A stretch of DNA of 64,000 nucleotides from Nitrospirota bacterium. Lineage in GTDB: Bacteria; Nitrospirota; Thermodesulfovibrionia; Thermodesulfovibrionales; Dissulfurispiraceae. The stretch spans positions 160,001-224,000 of the forward strand of contig JBFLWF010000001.1 of NCBI GenBank assembly GCA_040758355.1, written 5' to 3'. This document shows positions 28,698 to 38,810 of this stretch, piece by piece. Made by a program: the position numbers and the translations under genes. Every line of letters begins with the position of its first letter. The first letter of the stretch is position 1. The notes below the pieces were generated by a model. It did not search any database. It saw only the letters and a list, made by a program, of their open reading frames with translations, and was not told the DNA's origin.

Positions 28698-29464
28698 GCT
28701 GTCACCTCCTCGGGCTTAAGGACACGCATCTTTACAAGAAGATCTGGACGCTTTTTATAAAGCAGTACAACCATTCCTGCTGTCATTGCACCCTCAAGGA
28801 TTCCGAGGGGTAGTTGTGTAGGTATGAATGCAATGAGTATCTTCCAGAAAAGCGGCATGAATGGAGAGTCTCCCTTTATGCCTGATGCAAGCTCAACCGA
28901 TGTGGTGAAGTATGTTGCCCAGTCTGCAAACAATCCTGCCATGAATCCCGAGATTGCCATGTTTATTTTCAGTGAGCGCAATGCCCTGAAGGTCAAGAAT
29001 CCTGCAAAGGAGCCCATTACGCCCATTGATACTATATCTGCGCCCCATGTGCTTAGACCTCCATGAGCAAGGAATAATGCCTGAATAAGCAATGCCACTG
29101 CCGTAATCAGTATGCTGATTGCCGGTCCTACAAGTATACCCGATATTCCTGTGCCGCAAGGGTGCGAGCATGTGCCTGCGGTCGGCACGGGTATGGGCAT
29201 GCACGAGATGATAAAAACAACTGCTGCCATGAGTCCCACAAGTGGTTTGAATGACAGGTCAATTGAAGATTGCTTTTTTAGTTTATACAATCCCCATGCT
29301 ACAAAGGGTGCTGCAACGACTGACCAGAATAATGCCCAGTTAAATGGCAATATGCCCTCTGAAATATGCATGGCGTGGGCATCAGAAACAGTAAACAGTG
29401 AATAGTGAATAGTGAATAGTGATAAAAAAATTTGAAATTTGAAATTTGAAATTTGAAATTTCAT
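28694..29464 (-). CDS. cbiM: Cobalt ECF transporter S component
   Basis: AHA|MHISEGILP, GTCSHPCG, QALFLAHGG, PTQLPLGILEG. Confidence 0.95.
   Translation of the reverse strand: MKFQISNFKFQIFLSLFTIHYSLFTVSDAHAMHISEGILPFNWALFWSVVAAPFVAWGLYKLKKQSSIDLSFKPLVGLMAAVVFIISCMPIPVPTAGTCSHPCGTGISGILVGPAISILITAVALLIQALFLAHGGLSTWGADIVSMGVMGSFAGFLTFRALRSLKINMAISGFMAGLFADWATYFTTSVELASGIKGDSPFMPLFWKILIAFIPTQLPLGILEGAMTAGMVVLLYKKRPDLLVKMRVLKPEEVTA
29387..29462. repeat. (AATAGTG)n plus (GAAATTT)n arrays encoding the CbiM leader
   Basis: MKFQISNFKFQIFLSLFTIHYSLFTV. Confidence 0.95.
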
Positions 29465-30471
29465 AGTCCCTCCTTTGATATTTTTAATAATGCATTTATA
29501 ATTGCTACTGCCACTGGCGTGCCACCCTTTCTGCTTAAATTTGTTATAAACGGAAATTTCTGTGCTGCAAGCAGTGCCTTTGATTCCAATGCCTTGACAA
29601 AGCCAACAGGGACACCGACGACGAGAATGGGTGAATGGGTGAATAGGTGAATAGGTGAATTGAACATTTCGATAACTTTCAATAATGCGGTCGGCGCATT
29701 GCCTATAGCGATGATGCCTATATTGTTGTTTGCCTGCAATGCCTTTTTAATGGCTATTTCAGAACGGGTCTTGCCCGTGTCCTTTGAGAGCCTGACAACA
29801 TCTTCATCATTGATATTGCAGATAACCTTTCCGCCATATGGCTCAAGCCATCTTTTGATAATTCCAGTTTTTACCATTTCAACATCAGTAAGGATGTTCT
29901 TGCCTGCTTTTATAGCATCTATTCCTGTCCTTATGGCATCTGGATGGAACATGAGCGTATTCTTGAATTCAAAGTCGGCAGTGGAATGTATTACTCTTTT
30001 TATAATGGGCAGTTGCTCCGGCGGCATATCGCTTAAATCGGCCTCCTCAGAGATTATCTCAAAGCTCCTCTTCTCAATATCATGCGGTTTTAAACCATTT
30101 GCTGTATGTATCCTTTCCATCACCACATGCACCAATTTTTCGTGGATGCCGAGTGGCTCTGTGTAAATGAATTCCCTGTCAGGATACATATCTTTTGCCT
30201 CCTTTATTATCTCAGGGATATCCTTCGTGACATGCATGCCGCTGCTTAAAAAATAGGGATGGATGACTATCCTTTTGGCCCCGCTAAGAACACACTCCTT
30301 GATTGCGTCCGCAATCCCGGGCTCTGCAAACTGAAGGTATGCGACCTTTACACAGTTGTTGTTGCAGTTTGGATGAATTGCACTGTGCAGAAGCCTGCCT
30401 GTGAGTTCGATGTTGTTGGCGTCTTTTTTAGGACTTCCGTGTCCTATAAGTATTATGTTCTCCATTATCAC
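29461..30471 (-). CDS. cbiX-cbiC: CbiX cobaltochelatase (single domain) fused to CbiC/CobH methylmutase
   Basis: GHGS, AYLQFAEP, HPYFL..G.HV..DIP; then IEKRSFEII, RVIHSTAD, GNAPTAL, PVGFV, RKGGT. Confidence 0.92.
   Translation of the reverse strand: MIMENIILIGHGSPKKDANNIELTGRLLHSAIHPNCNNNCVKVAYLQFAEPGIADAIKECVLSGAKRIVIHPYFLSSGMHVTKDIPEIIKEAKDMYPDREFIYTEPLGIHEKLVHVVMERIHTANGLKPHDIEKRSFEIISEEADLSDMPPEQLPIIKRVIHSTADFEFKNTLMFHPDAIRTGIDAIKAGKNILTDVEMVKTGIIKRWLEPYGGKVICNINDEDVVRLSKDTGKTRSEIAIKKALQANNNIGIIAIGNAPTALLKVIEMFNSPIHLFTHSPILVVGVPVGFVKALESKALLAAQKFPFITNLSRKGGTPVAVAIINALLKISKEGL
29625..29661. repeat. 8-bp (GAAT[G/A]GGT)n array in cbiC, same family as 122-155
   Basis: Encodes NSPIHLFTHSPI. 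Confidence 0.92.
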
Positions 30472-31811
30472 TCCTTTATAAAATTTATAAAAGTCTTTGC
30501 AATATTGCTATTGCTTCCAAAATGCAGATGCACATAGCTCGCAAGGGTATTTTCAATCCTGTATCCTTCGTTTTGAAGATCTTGGCCAGTATTATCAAAC
30601 AGTGAATAACAAGTAGTTAGGGCTGAAGGCTGAAGGCTGAAGGCTGAAGGCTTTATCTCCGAATAATGGAATTCATGTCCTCTCAGTTTGTCTCCTTTTT
30701 TGCCGTGTATGCAGTCATCGTTTAATATGACCTCTCTGTAGCCTAAATGAGATCGTCCATTTTTCATCTGTGTCTCGAAAGGAAATACACCGGCCATTTT
30801 GAAGAAATTACCATCACAATCATGAATTCCCCTTGACAGATACATTAAGCCTCCGCATTCGGCATACATTGGCTTTCCTGAGTCAGCCCAGTTATAAATG
30901 GCCTCAAGCATCGATTGGTTTTTTGATAGCTCCCCGGCATAAAGCTCTGGATAGCCGCCGCCGATGTATATGGCATCGGCTTCAGGGATAGCTTGATTAT
31001 AAAGAGGGCTGAATTTTATTATCTCCGCTCCGGCGTCTTTTAATAGGTCAAGATTGTCTTCATAATAAAAGCAGAAGGCTCTGTCGTAAGCGATGGCGAT
31101 TTTTGGAGCCGATGTCGGGGACAGTCCCGATTCTACGGCTGCGCCCGTAAATCTGGGACAGTCCCCTATGGCAAGAATCGCTTCTATATGCACATGCTTT
31201 AAAACCGCATCCGCAAGCCTTTCAATGTTCTCTCCGGCAATAGGATTTTCTTCTGCAACGGCTAATCCGAGATGTCTGTGCGGAATCTCGAAGTTCAAAT
31301 CCCTCGGCAGGTATCCTAAAACCTCAACACCACGAACACTATTTTTAAGCCTTTTGAAATGCCTTTCCGATGCCACCCGATTAAAGATTATGCCTTTAAT
31401 TAAATTTGGATTTTTGTATTCCATAAAGCCTTTCACAACTGCCCCTGCGCTTTCTGCCATGCCGTACGCATCGACAACCAGGATAACGGGCAGATTAAGC
31501 GCATCTGCCAATCTTGCCGTGCTGAAGTCTCCGTCATATAGGCCCATGACGCCTTCTACAACCGATATGTCAACACCTGTTGAGTGTTTATGAAAGCAGG
31601 CTTTCACGTAATCCTCGCCGCACATCCATAAATCGAGGTTTCTTGATGGTCTGCCGGTAATCATTCTGTGGAGTCCTGTGTCTATGAAGTCAGGGCCTGC
31701 CTTGAATGACTGAACAGCCATCCCCTTTTTCTTTAAGGCTGCAAGCACGCCTAAAGTAATCGTTGTCTTCCCGCAGCCGCTGTGTGTGCCTGCTATTACT
31801 ACCCCCGGCAT
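30468..31811 (-). CDS. cbiA: Cobyrinate a,c-diamide synthase
   Basis: SGCGKTT, FKAGPDFID, EGVMGLYDG, HRHLGL, YAECGGLMYL, GHEFHYS. Confidence 0.95.
   Translation of the reverse strand: MPGVVIAGTHSGCGKTTITLGVLAALKKKGMAVQSFKAGPDFIDTGLHRMITGRPSRNLDLWMCGEDYVKACFHKHSTGVDISVVEGVMGLYDGDFSTARLADALNLPVILVVDAYGMAESAGAVVKGFMEYKNPNLIKGIIFNRVASERHFKRLKNSVRGVEVLGYLPRDLNFEIPHRHLGLAVAEENPIAGENIERLADAVLKHVHIEAILAIGDCPRFTGAAVESGLSPTSAPKIAIAYDRAFCFYYEDNLDLLKDAGAEIIKFSPLYNQAIPEADAIYIGGGYPELYAGELSKNQSMLEAIYNWADSGKPMYAECGGLMYLSRGIHDCDGNFFKMAGVFPFETQMKNGRSHLGYREVILNDDCIHGKKGDKLRGHEFHYSEIKPSAFSLQPSALTTCYSLFDNTGQDLQNEGYRIENTLASYVHLHFGSNSNIAKTFINFIKE
30620..30652. repeat. (GGCTGAA)n array in cbiA
   Basis: Encodes KPSAFSLQPSA. 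Confidence 0.92.
31117..31166. repeat. REP-like palindrome with GGGACAGTCCC ends, in frame in the cbiA linker
   Basis: ggggacagtccc gattctacgg ctgcgc ccgtaaatct gggacagtcccc; encodes GDCPRFTGAAVESGLSP. Confidence 0.85.
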
Positions 31812-32935
31812 ATATACGCAAGCTCCTTAAGCAGTTTCATGTTGTCCTTGTTTGATTTTACTGCAATTCTCATATATGAGCTATCGAGTCCCATGAAATT
31901 GGAACAATCCCTTATCATCACTCCTCTATTTCTAAGGGATGAAATTATCTTTTGAGCATTCTCATGCTTAATTAAATAAAAATTGACAGTTGATGGAAAA
32001 TAAGTGATGCCCAGCAATTTGAAGCCGTCTTCAAGTACCTTCTTCTCATTACGCATGACCTTGAATGTCTGGGTTTTATATCCTGCATCATTTAGCGCAG
32101 CAATTCCTGCTGTCTGTGCAATGGTATTTACGGTCCATGGCTCTTTATGTCTTTTAACAGTGTCAAGAATGTTCTGTGGAAATATGCCATAACCTATTCT
32201 CATGCCTGAAAGGGCATAGAATTTCGTCATTGACCTCAGCACAATAAGGTAGGGATTATTTTGAACCTCTTTAATCACAGACTCTTCAGGCACAAAATCT
32301 ATGAATGCCTCATCAACTACGAGATAGCATTTAAGGCCTCTGGCAGCCTCTGCGATCTTCAGCACATCCTCTTTTTTCATCAGTCTGCCTGTAGGGTTGT
32401 TAGGGTTGCAAAGGAATGCCATATCCACTGATGTGGTGAGGGATGATTTGTATGTTGCCGATGAATCATTTCCCGACATTGCAGCAATGAACTTCTCAGG
32501 ATTTATTTCGAATGCATCTTTCTCCCAAAGGACAAAATACGAAATTTTCCCCTTAATGTCCTTTTCGGGATGTATGCTCTCGAATGCCCGCTCATATTCC
32601 GAAAATGTCGGCATGGGTATAAGAATCTTTTCTGGTTTTAATGCCCTTACAGTGAGGTATATGAGTTCTGTACTGCCGTTTCCGCACAGGATGTACTGAG
32701 GGTCTATGCCCAGATGCTTTGCAAGCGCATGCGTGAGATGTTTCGCATCGGGGTCAGGGTAATGGCACAGGTATTTAATATTGTCTTTGATTTTTTCTAT
32801 TACAGTTTTGGGTACACCGAGGGGATTTATGGATGCGCTGAAATCAATGACTTCATCCATCCTGATATTCCTTTCTTCAATGAACCTGTAGATATTCCCG
32901 CCGTGTGGCTCTAAATTTTTCTCCTGCCCGTTCAT
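31799..32935 (-). CDS. cobD: Threonine-phosphate decarboxylase
   Basis: HGGN, DFSASINPLG, CNPNNPTG, VDEAF, RSMTKFYALSGMRIGY. Confidence 0.93.
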   Translation of the reverse strand: MNGQEKNLEPHGGNIYRFIEERNIRMDEVIDFSASINPLGVPKTVIEKIKDNIKYLCHYPDPDAKHLTHALAKHLGIDPQYILCGNGSTELIYLTVRALKPEKILIPMPTFSEYERAFESIHPEKDIKGKISYFVLWEKDAFEINPEKFIAAMSGNDSSATYKSSLTTSVDMAFLCNPNNPTGRLMKKEDVLKIAEAARGLKCYLVVDEAFIDFVPEESVIKEVQNNPYLIVLRSMTKFYALSGMRIGYGIFPQNILDTVKRHKEPWTVNTIAQTAGIAALNDAGYKTQTFKVMRNEKKVLEDGFKLLGITYFPSTVNFYLIKHENAQKIISSLRNRGVMIRDCSNFMGLDSSYMRIAVKSNKDNMKLLKELAYICRG

Positions 32936-33945
32936 CCTGTAATCCTTATATATAGAATAATTACGGCAATGCCTGTTCCAATCAGCGATGACACCTTGAT
33001 TATATCCATCGCCTTTTCAGAGGCAATCAAGTAGTTTCCCGTTTTTTCTATCCCGATGTAAGGCTTCTGTATCTCAATGCCGTTGTATATCGAGGGCCCT
33101 CCTAATTTTACACCCAATGCGCCTGCAATGGCAGCCTCCGGGATGCCTGCATTCGGGCTTAAGTGTTTTCTCCCATCATTAATCATGGTTTTCAGTGAAC
33201 AGTGAACAGTGAACAGTGAACGGGAAACAAAGAAAGATACAATAACAATCAATATCCCGCTAATCCGTGCAGGTATATAATTGGCAATATCATCGAGGCG
33301 TGCTGCTGCCCGGCCGAAGTCTTTGTACTTATCATTCTTATACCCGACCATGGAATCCAGAGTGTTTACTGCCTTATATGCCATTGCAAGTGGAAGACCG
33401 CCTATTGCGAGATAGAACAGGGGAGCGATAATGCCGTCTGAGAGGTTTTCCGATAAGGTCTCTATTGTTGCCTTTAATATCCCCTTCTCTGAAAGGTTTC
33501 CGGTATCGCGTCCGACAATCATCCCCAGATTGCTTTTTGCTGACTCTATATCTTTATTTTTTACCGATTCGATTACAATTCTTGCGGAATTGATTAATTC
33601 TCTGACAGCAATTGTGGTGGACGTAAGATAAATGAGCACAATTAAGCCTAAGGCATTTATGGAGTAATGGAGTGATGGAGTATTGGACACGATTATTTTT
33701 TGAATAAAAAATGCAATTCCAAACACAGGAACAACAATCATGATAACAAGAAGAACGCCTCCGGATTTTTCTTGCAAAGGTGTTTTTAGATACCTTCTCA
33801 AAATTACCTCTGTTTTGGCAATAGCGCTTCCTATAATCCTTACCGGATGGGGCAGCCATCCGGGATCGCCAATGGCGAGATCCAGCAGGAATGCCAGCAG
33901 GAGTATTAATGGATGAATGATAAATGGCGAGGTAAAGTCCATCAT
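32932..33945 (-). CDS. cbiB: Adenosylcobinamide-phosphate synthase
   Basis: GDP..HPV, IVGRDT, ENLSDG, YKAVNTLDSMVGY, SPNAG.PEA. Confidence 0.95.
   Translation of the reverse strand: MMDFTSPFIIHPLILLLAFLLDLAIGDPGWLPHPVRIIGSAIAKTEVILRRYLKTPLQEKSGGVLLVIMIVVPVFGIAFFIQKIIVSNTPSLHYSINALGLIVLIYLTSTTIAVRELINSARIVIESVKNKDIESAKSNLGMIVGRDTGNLSEKGILKATIETLSENLSDGIIAPLFYLAIGGLPLAMAYKAVNTLDSMVGYKNDKYKDFGRAAARLDDIANYIPARISGILIVIVSFFVSRSLFTVHCSLKTMINDGRKHLSPNAGIPEAAIAGALGVKLGGPSIYNGIEIQKPYIGIEKTGNYLIASEKAMDIIKVSSLIGTGIAVIILYIRITG
33193..33229. repeat. (CAGTGAA)n array in cbiB
   Basis: Encodes VSRSLFTVHCSL. Confidence 0.92.
33659..33687. repeat. 8-bp (ATGGAGT.)n array in cbiB
   Basis: Encodes SNTPSLHYSI. 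Confidence 0.88.
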
Positions 33946-35468
33946 ATTTTGACAAGCCTCTTTATAAAATCCATATCTATGTTTTCCTTTACAACATATG
34001 CGAGGTTATCGATTGCCCTGTCTTTGATCTCGGAATATCTCACAGTCAAATCGAGAGGCGGGAGATTCTTATTCTTTCTTACATTGTTTATTATCCCCCT
34101 TCTGAATGGGTCATTTTCAAAAATCCCATGCAGATAAGTCCCCCAGCAGTTGTTGTTTATTGAACCATCCATAACATCCGTGATGCGTGATGCGTGATGC
34201 GTGATGCGTGAAATCTTAAATAGGCCAATGTCTCCTTTGCTTGTTCCCATATGTATCTCATAGCCTTTAAGGTTGAAGGCTGAGGGCTGACGGCTGAAAG
34301 CTAAAAAGGAGGGATTAATTATTTCTGCTTCTACCTGTGCTGTTACCTTTGTTTTTTCAAATGCCGTCTCTATATTCAGAAGACCTATGCCTTCAATCTC
34401 TTTGTGACTGCTCTCTACGCCATATGGGTCATATATTTTTTTGCCCAGCATCTGGTATCCGCCGCACATGCCTATAATCTGAACTCCCTTTGCATAAGCC
34501 CTCTTGATGCTCTCTTTGAGATGTCTTTCCTTCAAGAATAGCAAGTCTTTCACGGTATTCTTTGTCCCGGGTATGATAACAATGTCAGCATTTTCTATGT
34601 CAGCCGGATTATCGGAATATACAAGCTCAACATCAGGCTCATATAAAAACGGATCAAAATCTGTGAAGTTGGATATGTACTGAAGCCTTACTACTACAAT
34701 TTTAATTGATGGCTGAAGGCTAAAGGCTGAAGGCTGAAGGCTGATTTTTTGAAGGGCAAGTCCATCCTCCTCCGGCAATCCGATGTCTTTTATATAAGGC
34801 AAGACCCCTATCACAGGTTTCCCTGTCCTGTCCTTTATCATTTCGAGTCCAGGACTGAGTATTCCAATATCCCCGCGAAATTTGTTAATGATAAATGCCT
34901 TGATGTATCTGCTATCCCTTCCGAGGAGCTTGATGGTCCCATAGAGAGATGCAAAGACTCCCCCTTTATCTATGTCTCCGACCAAAATTACAGGCGCCTT
35001 TGCATGTTTGGACATGGACATGTTTACGATATCCACATCCATGAGGTTTATCTCTGCAGGGCTTCCCGCGCCTTCCATGATTATGAACTCATATTTCTGA
35101 GAAAGTCTTTCAAAGGATTCCTTTACAGCCTCCCATGCGGTTTTTTTAAAGGCATAATACTCCTTTGCCTTCATTGTGGAATGTACTTTTCCCTGAATAA
35201 TTACCTGAGAGCCCATATCCCCTGATGCCTTGAGCAATACCGGATTCATATCAATTGAGGGTTCTATCCTTGCTGCCTCTGCCTGAAGCGCCTGCGCCCT
35301 TCCTATTTCTCCGCCATCAATGGTTATATATGAATTCAGCGCCATGTTCTGCGCCTTGAAAGGAGCTGTATTGATGCCCATATCTCTGAAAATCCTGCAG
35401 AGGGCAGCTACAATCAGGCTTTTGCCTGCCCCAGAGCCTGTTCCCTGTATCATCAAAGTTTTAGCCAA
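33942..35468 (-). CDS. cbiP: Cobyric acid synthase CbiP/CobQ
   Basis: MIQGTGSGAGKS, PFKAQNM, EGAGSPAE, NKFRGD, ISNFTDFDP, GYEIHMG, GTYLHG. Confidence 0.96.
   Translation of the reverse strand: MAKTLMIQGTGSGAGKSLIVAALCRIFRDMGINTAPFKAQNMALNSYITIDGGEIGRAQALQAEAARIEPSIDMNPVLLKASGDMGSQVIIQGKVHSTMKAKEYYAFKKTAWEAVKESFERLSQKYEFIIMEGAGSPAEINLMDVDIVNMSMSKHAKAPVILVGDIDKGGVFASLYGTIKLLGRDSRYIKAFIINKFRGDIGILSPGLEMIKDRTGKPVIGVLPYIKDIGLPEEDGLALQKISLQPSAFSLQPSIKIVVVRLQYISNFTDFDPFLYEPDVELVYSDNPADIENADIVIIPGTKNTVKDLLFLKERHLKESIKRAYAKGVQIIGMCGGYQMLGKKIYDPYGVESSHKEIEGIGLLNIETAFEKTKVTAQVEAEIINPSFLAFSRQPSAFNLKGYEIHMGTSKGDIGLFKISRITHHASRITDVMDGSINNNCWGTYLHGIFENDPFRRGIINNVRKNKNLPPLDLTVRYSEIKDRAIDNLAYVVKENIDMDFIKRLVKI
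34179..34211. repeat. (CGTGATG)n array in cbiP
   Basis: Encodes SRITHHASRIT. Confidence 0.93.
34269..34305. repeat. Degenerate (GGCTGAA)n array in cbiP
   Basis: Encodes LAFSRQPSAFNL. Confidence 0.85.
34707..34744. repeat. (GGCTGAA)n array in the cbiP domain linker
   Basis: Encodes SLQPSAFSLQPS. Confidence 0.92.
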
Positions 35469-36099
35469 TTAGGCCTCCATTTAAGAGCTTTACAATAGGG
35501 TACTTTTCCCAGAACTCGATGATATTCACAGCAGCATTATCCTGCTCTATCCTGAATATATTCTCAAGTGGAATCCCCATTATATGGCAGAGGATTATCC
35601 TGTTAACGCCGCCGTGAGCAACTATAGCGATATTTATTGCCCCCTGAGAGTTGTGATCATTCAGAATTTTGTTCAAAGCGATTATGACCCTGTCTCTGAC
35701 CTCAAGTGTGCTCTCTCCTCCCATGGGACTGTATTTAAGTGGATTGCCTGCCCATGCCTCGAATTCCTCCGGATACTTATCTTTTATTTCATTGAATGAC
35801 ATTCCCTCCCATATGCCGAAACTCCTTTCTCTCAAGTCAGGTATTTCAATGGGTTTTAAACCATGAGGTTCAGCAACTATCTCTGCACTCTTTAATGCCC
35901 TGTTAAGGGGAGAGCAGTAAACGGCTTTCAAGCCATTATAGGTCTTATAGGACTTATATGACCTATTTAAATACTTGGCAACTTGCTCCATCTGCCTTAT
36001 GCCCTTTTCTGACAAAGGCACATCAATGCTCCCTTTGTATCGTTTTACTTCACTGCCTTCGGTCTCGCCGTGCCTGACTAAATAAAGTGTCGTAACCAT
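35461..36099 (-). CDS. cobC: Alpha-ribazole phosphatase
   Basis: LVRHGET, ERSFGIWEG, GES, VAHGGVNR; operon context. Confidence 0.9.
   Translation of the reverse strand: MVTTLYLVRHGETEGSEVKRYKGSIDVPLSEKGIRQMEQVAKYLNRSYKSYKTYNGLKAVYCSPLNRALKSAEIVAEPHGLKPIEIPDLRERSFGIWEGMSFNEIKDKYPEEFEAWAGNPLKYSPMGGESTLEVRDRVIIALNKILNDHNSQGAINIAIVAHGGVNRIILCHIMGIPLENIFRIEQDNAAVNIIEFWEKYPIVKLLNGGLIG
35936..35967. repeat. 9-bp (TTATAGG[A/T]C)n array in cobC
   Basis: Encodes NRSYKSYKTY. Confidence 0.75.
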
Positions 36100-36890
36100 A
36101 CTGTTATCACCATTAAAAACAATATTTCCGAGATCTCGCTCAGCGCGCCTAAATTATCACCAGTGAGGCCGTTGAATTTTTTATTGCAGAACTTCACTGT
36201 CATGAAGCTGAACATATACAAAAGTGCAAATAGCATAATAAACAGTGTTACACTGCCTGTCCCGTAAACCTTTAAGAGGTGCAGTTCCGCTATCAGTATG
36301 TACAGCACAATGACCAGCAGTGATGAAAATACGACAGTATTTATTTTTACATTATTCAGGAATATTCTGCCGAGGCCATCCTGCCGTGCTGATGTGCCGT
36401 GATGCATGGCTATAACCATTATCCACTTTGAAAACACAGGCATGAGAAACAGCATGGAATAAACTGTAAATATGGATGAATTTGTAAAGAGGCTGCTTAT
36501 GAAGAGGAACTTGAGCAGGATTACAGAAACTATGGCGACAACTCCTATGGCCCCTGTTGTGCTGTCTTTCATCACAGCAAGCCTTTTCTCAATGTCCGTT
36601 TCTCTATCTCCTGTTGATTTCACAGACAGTGCATCAAAAGTGTCTGCAAGTCCGTCAAGGTGAAAGCCCCCGTTGCTTATTATTAGCATTGAAATAATCA
36701 GCCCTGCTGCAATTTCTGGAGAAAATATCTTTAAAAACAGCATGGCAGATAAAACCCCCAGCAGTCCCTGAAATGCACCTGCTAAAGGGAAAAAGGCTGC
36801 TGATTGCGCTATCTCTTTTTCGGAGACACCACCATTCACCCTTACAGGTACTATCGTAAGAAACTGGAATGCAAGGAGTAATTGCTTCAT
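36078..36890 (-). CDS. cobS: Cobalamin synthase
   Basis: AFQFLT, GGFHLDGLADTFD, MKDSTTGAIG, GLTGDNLGA. Confidence 0.95.
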   Translation of the reverse strand: MKQLLLAFQFLTIVPVRVNGGVSEKEIAQSAAFFPLAGAFQGLLGVLSAMLFLKIFSPEIAAGLIISMLIISNGGFHLDGLADTFDALSVKSTGDRETDIEKRLAVMKDSTTGAIGVVAIVSVILLKFLFISSLFTNSSIFTVYSMLFLMPVFSKWIMVIAMHHGTSARQDGLGRIFLNNVKINTVVFSSLLVIVLYILIAELHLLKVYGTGSVTLFIMLFALLYMFSFMTVKFCNKKFNGLTGDNLGALSEISEILFLMVITVWLRHFI

Positions 36891-37952
36891 TTAATTCTGT
36901 ATCTCGCTTGAAACCCCGGCCTCGCCAAAGGTTGCCATTTCTTTATATATCTTTAATCCTGCCTCTATCATAAGCATTGCCAATGCTGCGCCTGTGCCTT
37001 CACCGAGCCTCAAATCAAGGTCAAGGACAGACCTTAACCCCATTTTATCGAGCATTGCCTTGTGCCCAATTTCAACGGAGTTATGGGCTGCAAACATATA
37101 ATCTTTTACCCCTGGCTCGATGCAATATGCGATTAATGCGCCTGCTGTGGAGATGAACCCGTCAATGACAACCGGAATCCTGTTTGATGCTGCACCGAGG
37201 ACCAATCCCGCGATGCCTCCAATCTCTGCACCGCCCACTTTTGCGAGGACGTCTATTGCGTCTTCAGGATTTGGCTTATTCAATTTTATGCCGTTCTCTA
37301 TTACCGTAATCTTCCTTTTTAATGATTCGTCAGTTATTCCCGTACCTTTGCCTGTAACCTCAGAAACGGGTTTGCCAGTAAGCACAGATGCAATAGCGCT
37401 CGATGGCGTTGTATTCCCTATCCCCATCTCTCCTGTGCCGAATATCTTATAGCCCTTTTTGGCATATCCGTTTGCAAGCTCGATCCCTACATCTATGCAT
37501 CTTATTGTCTCATCCCTTGTCATTGCAGGGCCTTTTGTGAAGTTTTTGGTTCCTTTTATCACCTTCATGTTTACCAGTCCTTCAATCTCTCCAAAATCGT
37601 GGTCAACGCCTATATCCACAACAACAACCTCTGCTCCTGCATGTCTTGCAAGGACATTGATGCCTGCACCTCCTCTCAGGAAATTAAATACCATCTGAGG
37701 GGTGACCTCTTTTGGATAGGCTGATACGCCATCTTCTGTAATGCCGTGGTCTCCTGCGAAAGTGAAGATTACCTTTTTATCCAGAACCGGGCTTTTGTTC
37801 TCGGTAATGGCGACAAATCTCCGTGCAAACTCCTCAAGCCTTCCGAGGCTTCCGAGGGGCTTTGTGAGGTTGTCGAGGTGCTTTTGAGCCAGGCCATACC
37901 ATTCTTCATTCACTGACCTGATATTTTTTAGTGTTGCATTGAGTAAATCCAT
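36891..37952 (-). CDS. cobT: Nicotinate-nucleotide-dimethylbenzimidazole phosphoribosyltransferase
   Basis: [37 protein letters not shown]. Confidence 0.97.
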   Translation of the reverse strand: MDLLNATLKNIRSVNEEWYGLAQKHLDNLTKPLGSLGRLEEFARRFVAITENKSPVLDKKVIFTFAGDHGITEDGVSAYPKEVTPQMVFNFLRGGAGINVLARHAGAEVVVVDIGVDHDFGEIEGLVNMKVIKGTKNFTKGPAMTRDETIRCIDVGIELANGYAKKGYKIFGTGEMGIGNTTPSSAIASVLTGKPVSEVTGKGTGITDESLKRKITVIENGIKLNKPNPEDAIDVLAKVGGAEIGGIAGLVLGAASNRIPVVIDGFISTAGALIAYCIEPGVKDYMFAAHNSVEIGHKAMLDKMGLRSVLDLDLRLGEGTGAALAMLMIEAGLKIYKEMATFGEAGVSSEIQN

Positions 37953-37962
37953 CTGTCTTCTC

Positions 37963-38508
37963 CTACTTTATTTTTAAAGGTATTCCTGCGGTCACAAGAT
38001 ATACTTCGTCTGCTAAGGCTGCCATCTTTTGATTTAAATAGCCGGATAAATCTCTGAATCTCCTTGATAATGCATTGTCAGGAACGATTCCAAGACCGAC
38101 CTCGTTCGAAACAGTGAATAGTGAACAGTGAATAGTGGATAAGGAAGAAATAAAAGACTCTGTTTCTGCTTCAACATCCTTATTATTAAGCATCAGATTC
38201 GAAAGCCATAGTGTCAGGCAGTCAACAAGGATTACATCATAGCTTTTATGAATGTCAGATATCAGCGTCGAGATATTCAGCGGCTCTTCGAAGGTTGTCC
38301 ACTCACCTGGCCGTTCTTTTTTGTGTTTCTTAATCCGTTCCTTCATCTCATCATCCAGAGCCTGTGCAGTAGCAATATATGCCTTGCGCATGGAGGAGAT
38401 TGCATCTCCTCCATGAACCCCCTCTTTAGAAGGGATATAATTATTGGCAAGCTGCAGGGCAAACCTGCTTTTTCCGCTTCTCGCACCGCCTATGATGAAT
38501 GTTATCAA
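37963..38508 (-). CDS. cobU: Adenosylcobinamide kinase/guanylyltransferase (TTG start)
   Basis: [34 protein letters not shown]. Confidence 0.95.
   Translation of the reverse strand: MITFIIGGARSGKSRFALQLANNYIPSKEGVHGGDAISSMRKAYIATAQALDDEMKERIKKHKKERPGEWTTFEEPLNISTLISDIHKSYDVILVDCLTLWLSNLMLNNKDVEAETESFISSLSTIHCSLFTVSNEVGLGIVPDNALSRRFRDLSGYLNQKMAALADEVYLVTAGIPLKIK
38110..38141. repeat. (AATAGTG/AACAGTG)n array in cobU
   Basis: Encodes [11 protein letters not shown]. Confidence 0.9.
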
Positions 38509-38519
38509 CTCAGCACCCC

Positions 38520-38560
38520 TAAAAATAAAAAATCCTCATGGCAAAATGCCATGAGGATTG
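38520..38560 (-). terminator. Leader terminator, likely the riboswitch expression platform
   Basis: Minus strand aatcctcatggca-tttt-gccatgaggatt plus a U-rich tail just before the cobU SD. Confidence 0.8.
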
Positions 38561-38629
38561 CACCCTGTTTCACTTCATCCTCTCCTTCATCCACGTGAAG
38601 GCTTTAAATCCTATTCCCTAATTTCTGTC

Positions 38630-38810
38630 GTCAGGCAGGTCTTCTGGCTCCCGGGTAGTTTCTATAGTTTGGCCTACTCGCCAGCCTTCCCATCCTGTTT
38701 GCATCTGTATATGAGCGGACAGTGGCTCATTGGCTTTCGTCCCCGGTTACAGCGGCGGGACCGCTCCCGAATTGCACGGGATTCCCTATTAAGCACTTCG
38801 GCGCCTAAGA
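38630..38810 (-). ncRNA. Cobalamin (AdoCbl) riboswitch
   Basis: Minus strand aatagggaatcccgtgcaattcgggagcggtcccgccgctgtaa..gccactg..gggaagg..gagccagaagacctgcc; upstream of the cob operon. Confidence 0.95.

Noticed and set aside
28611..29462. Repeat arrays as CRISPR
   Set aside because: Contiguous 7-mers with no spacers and no cas genes.
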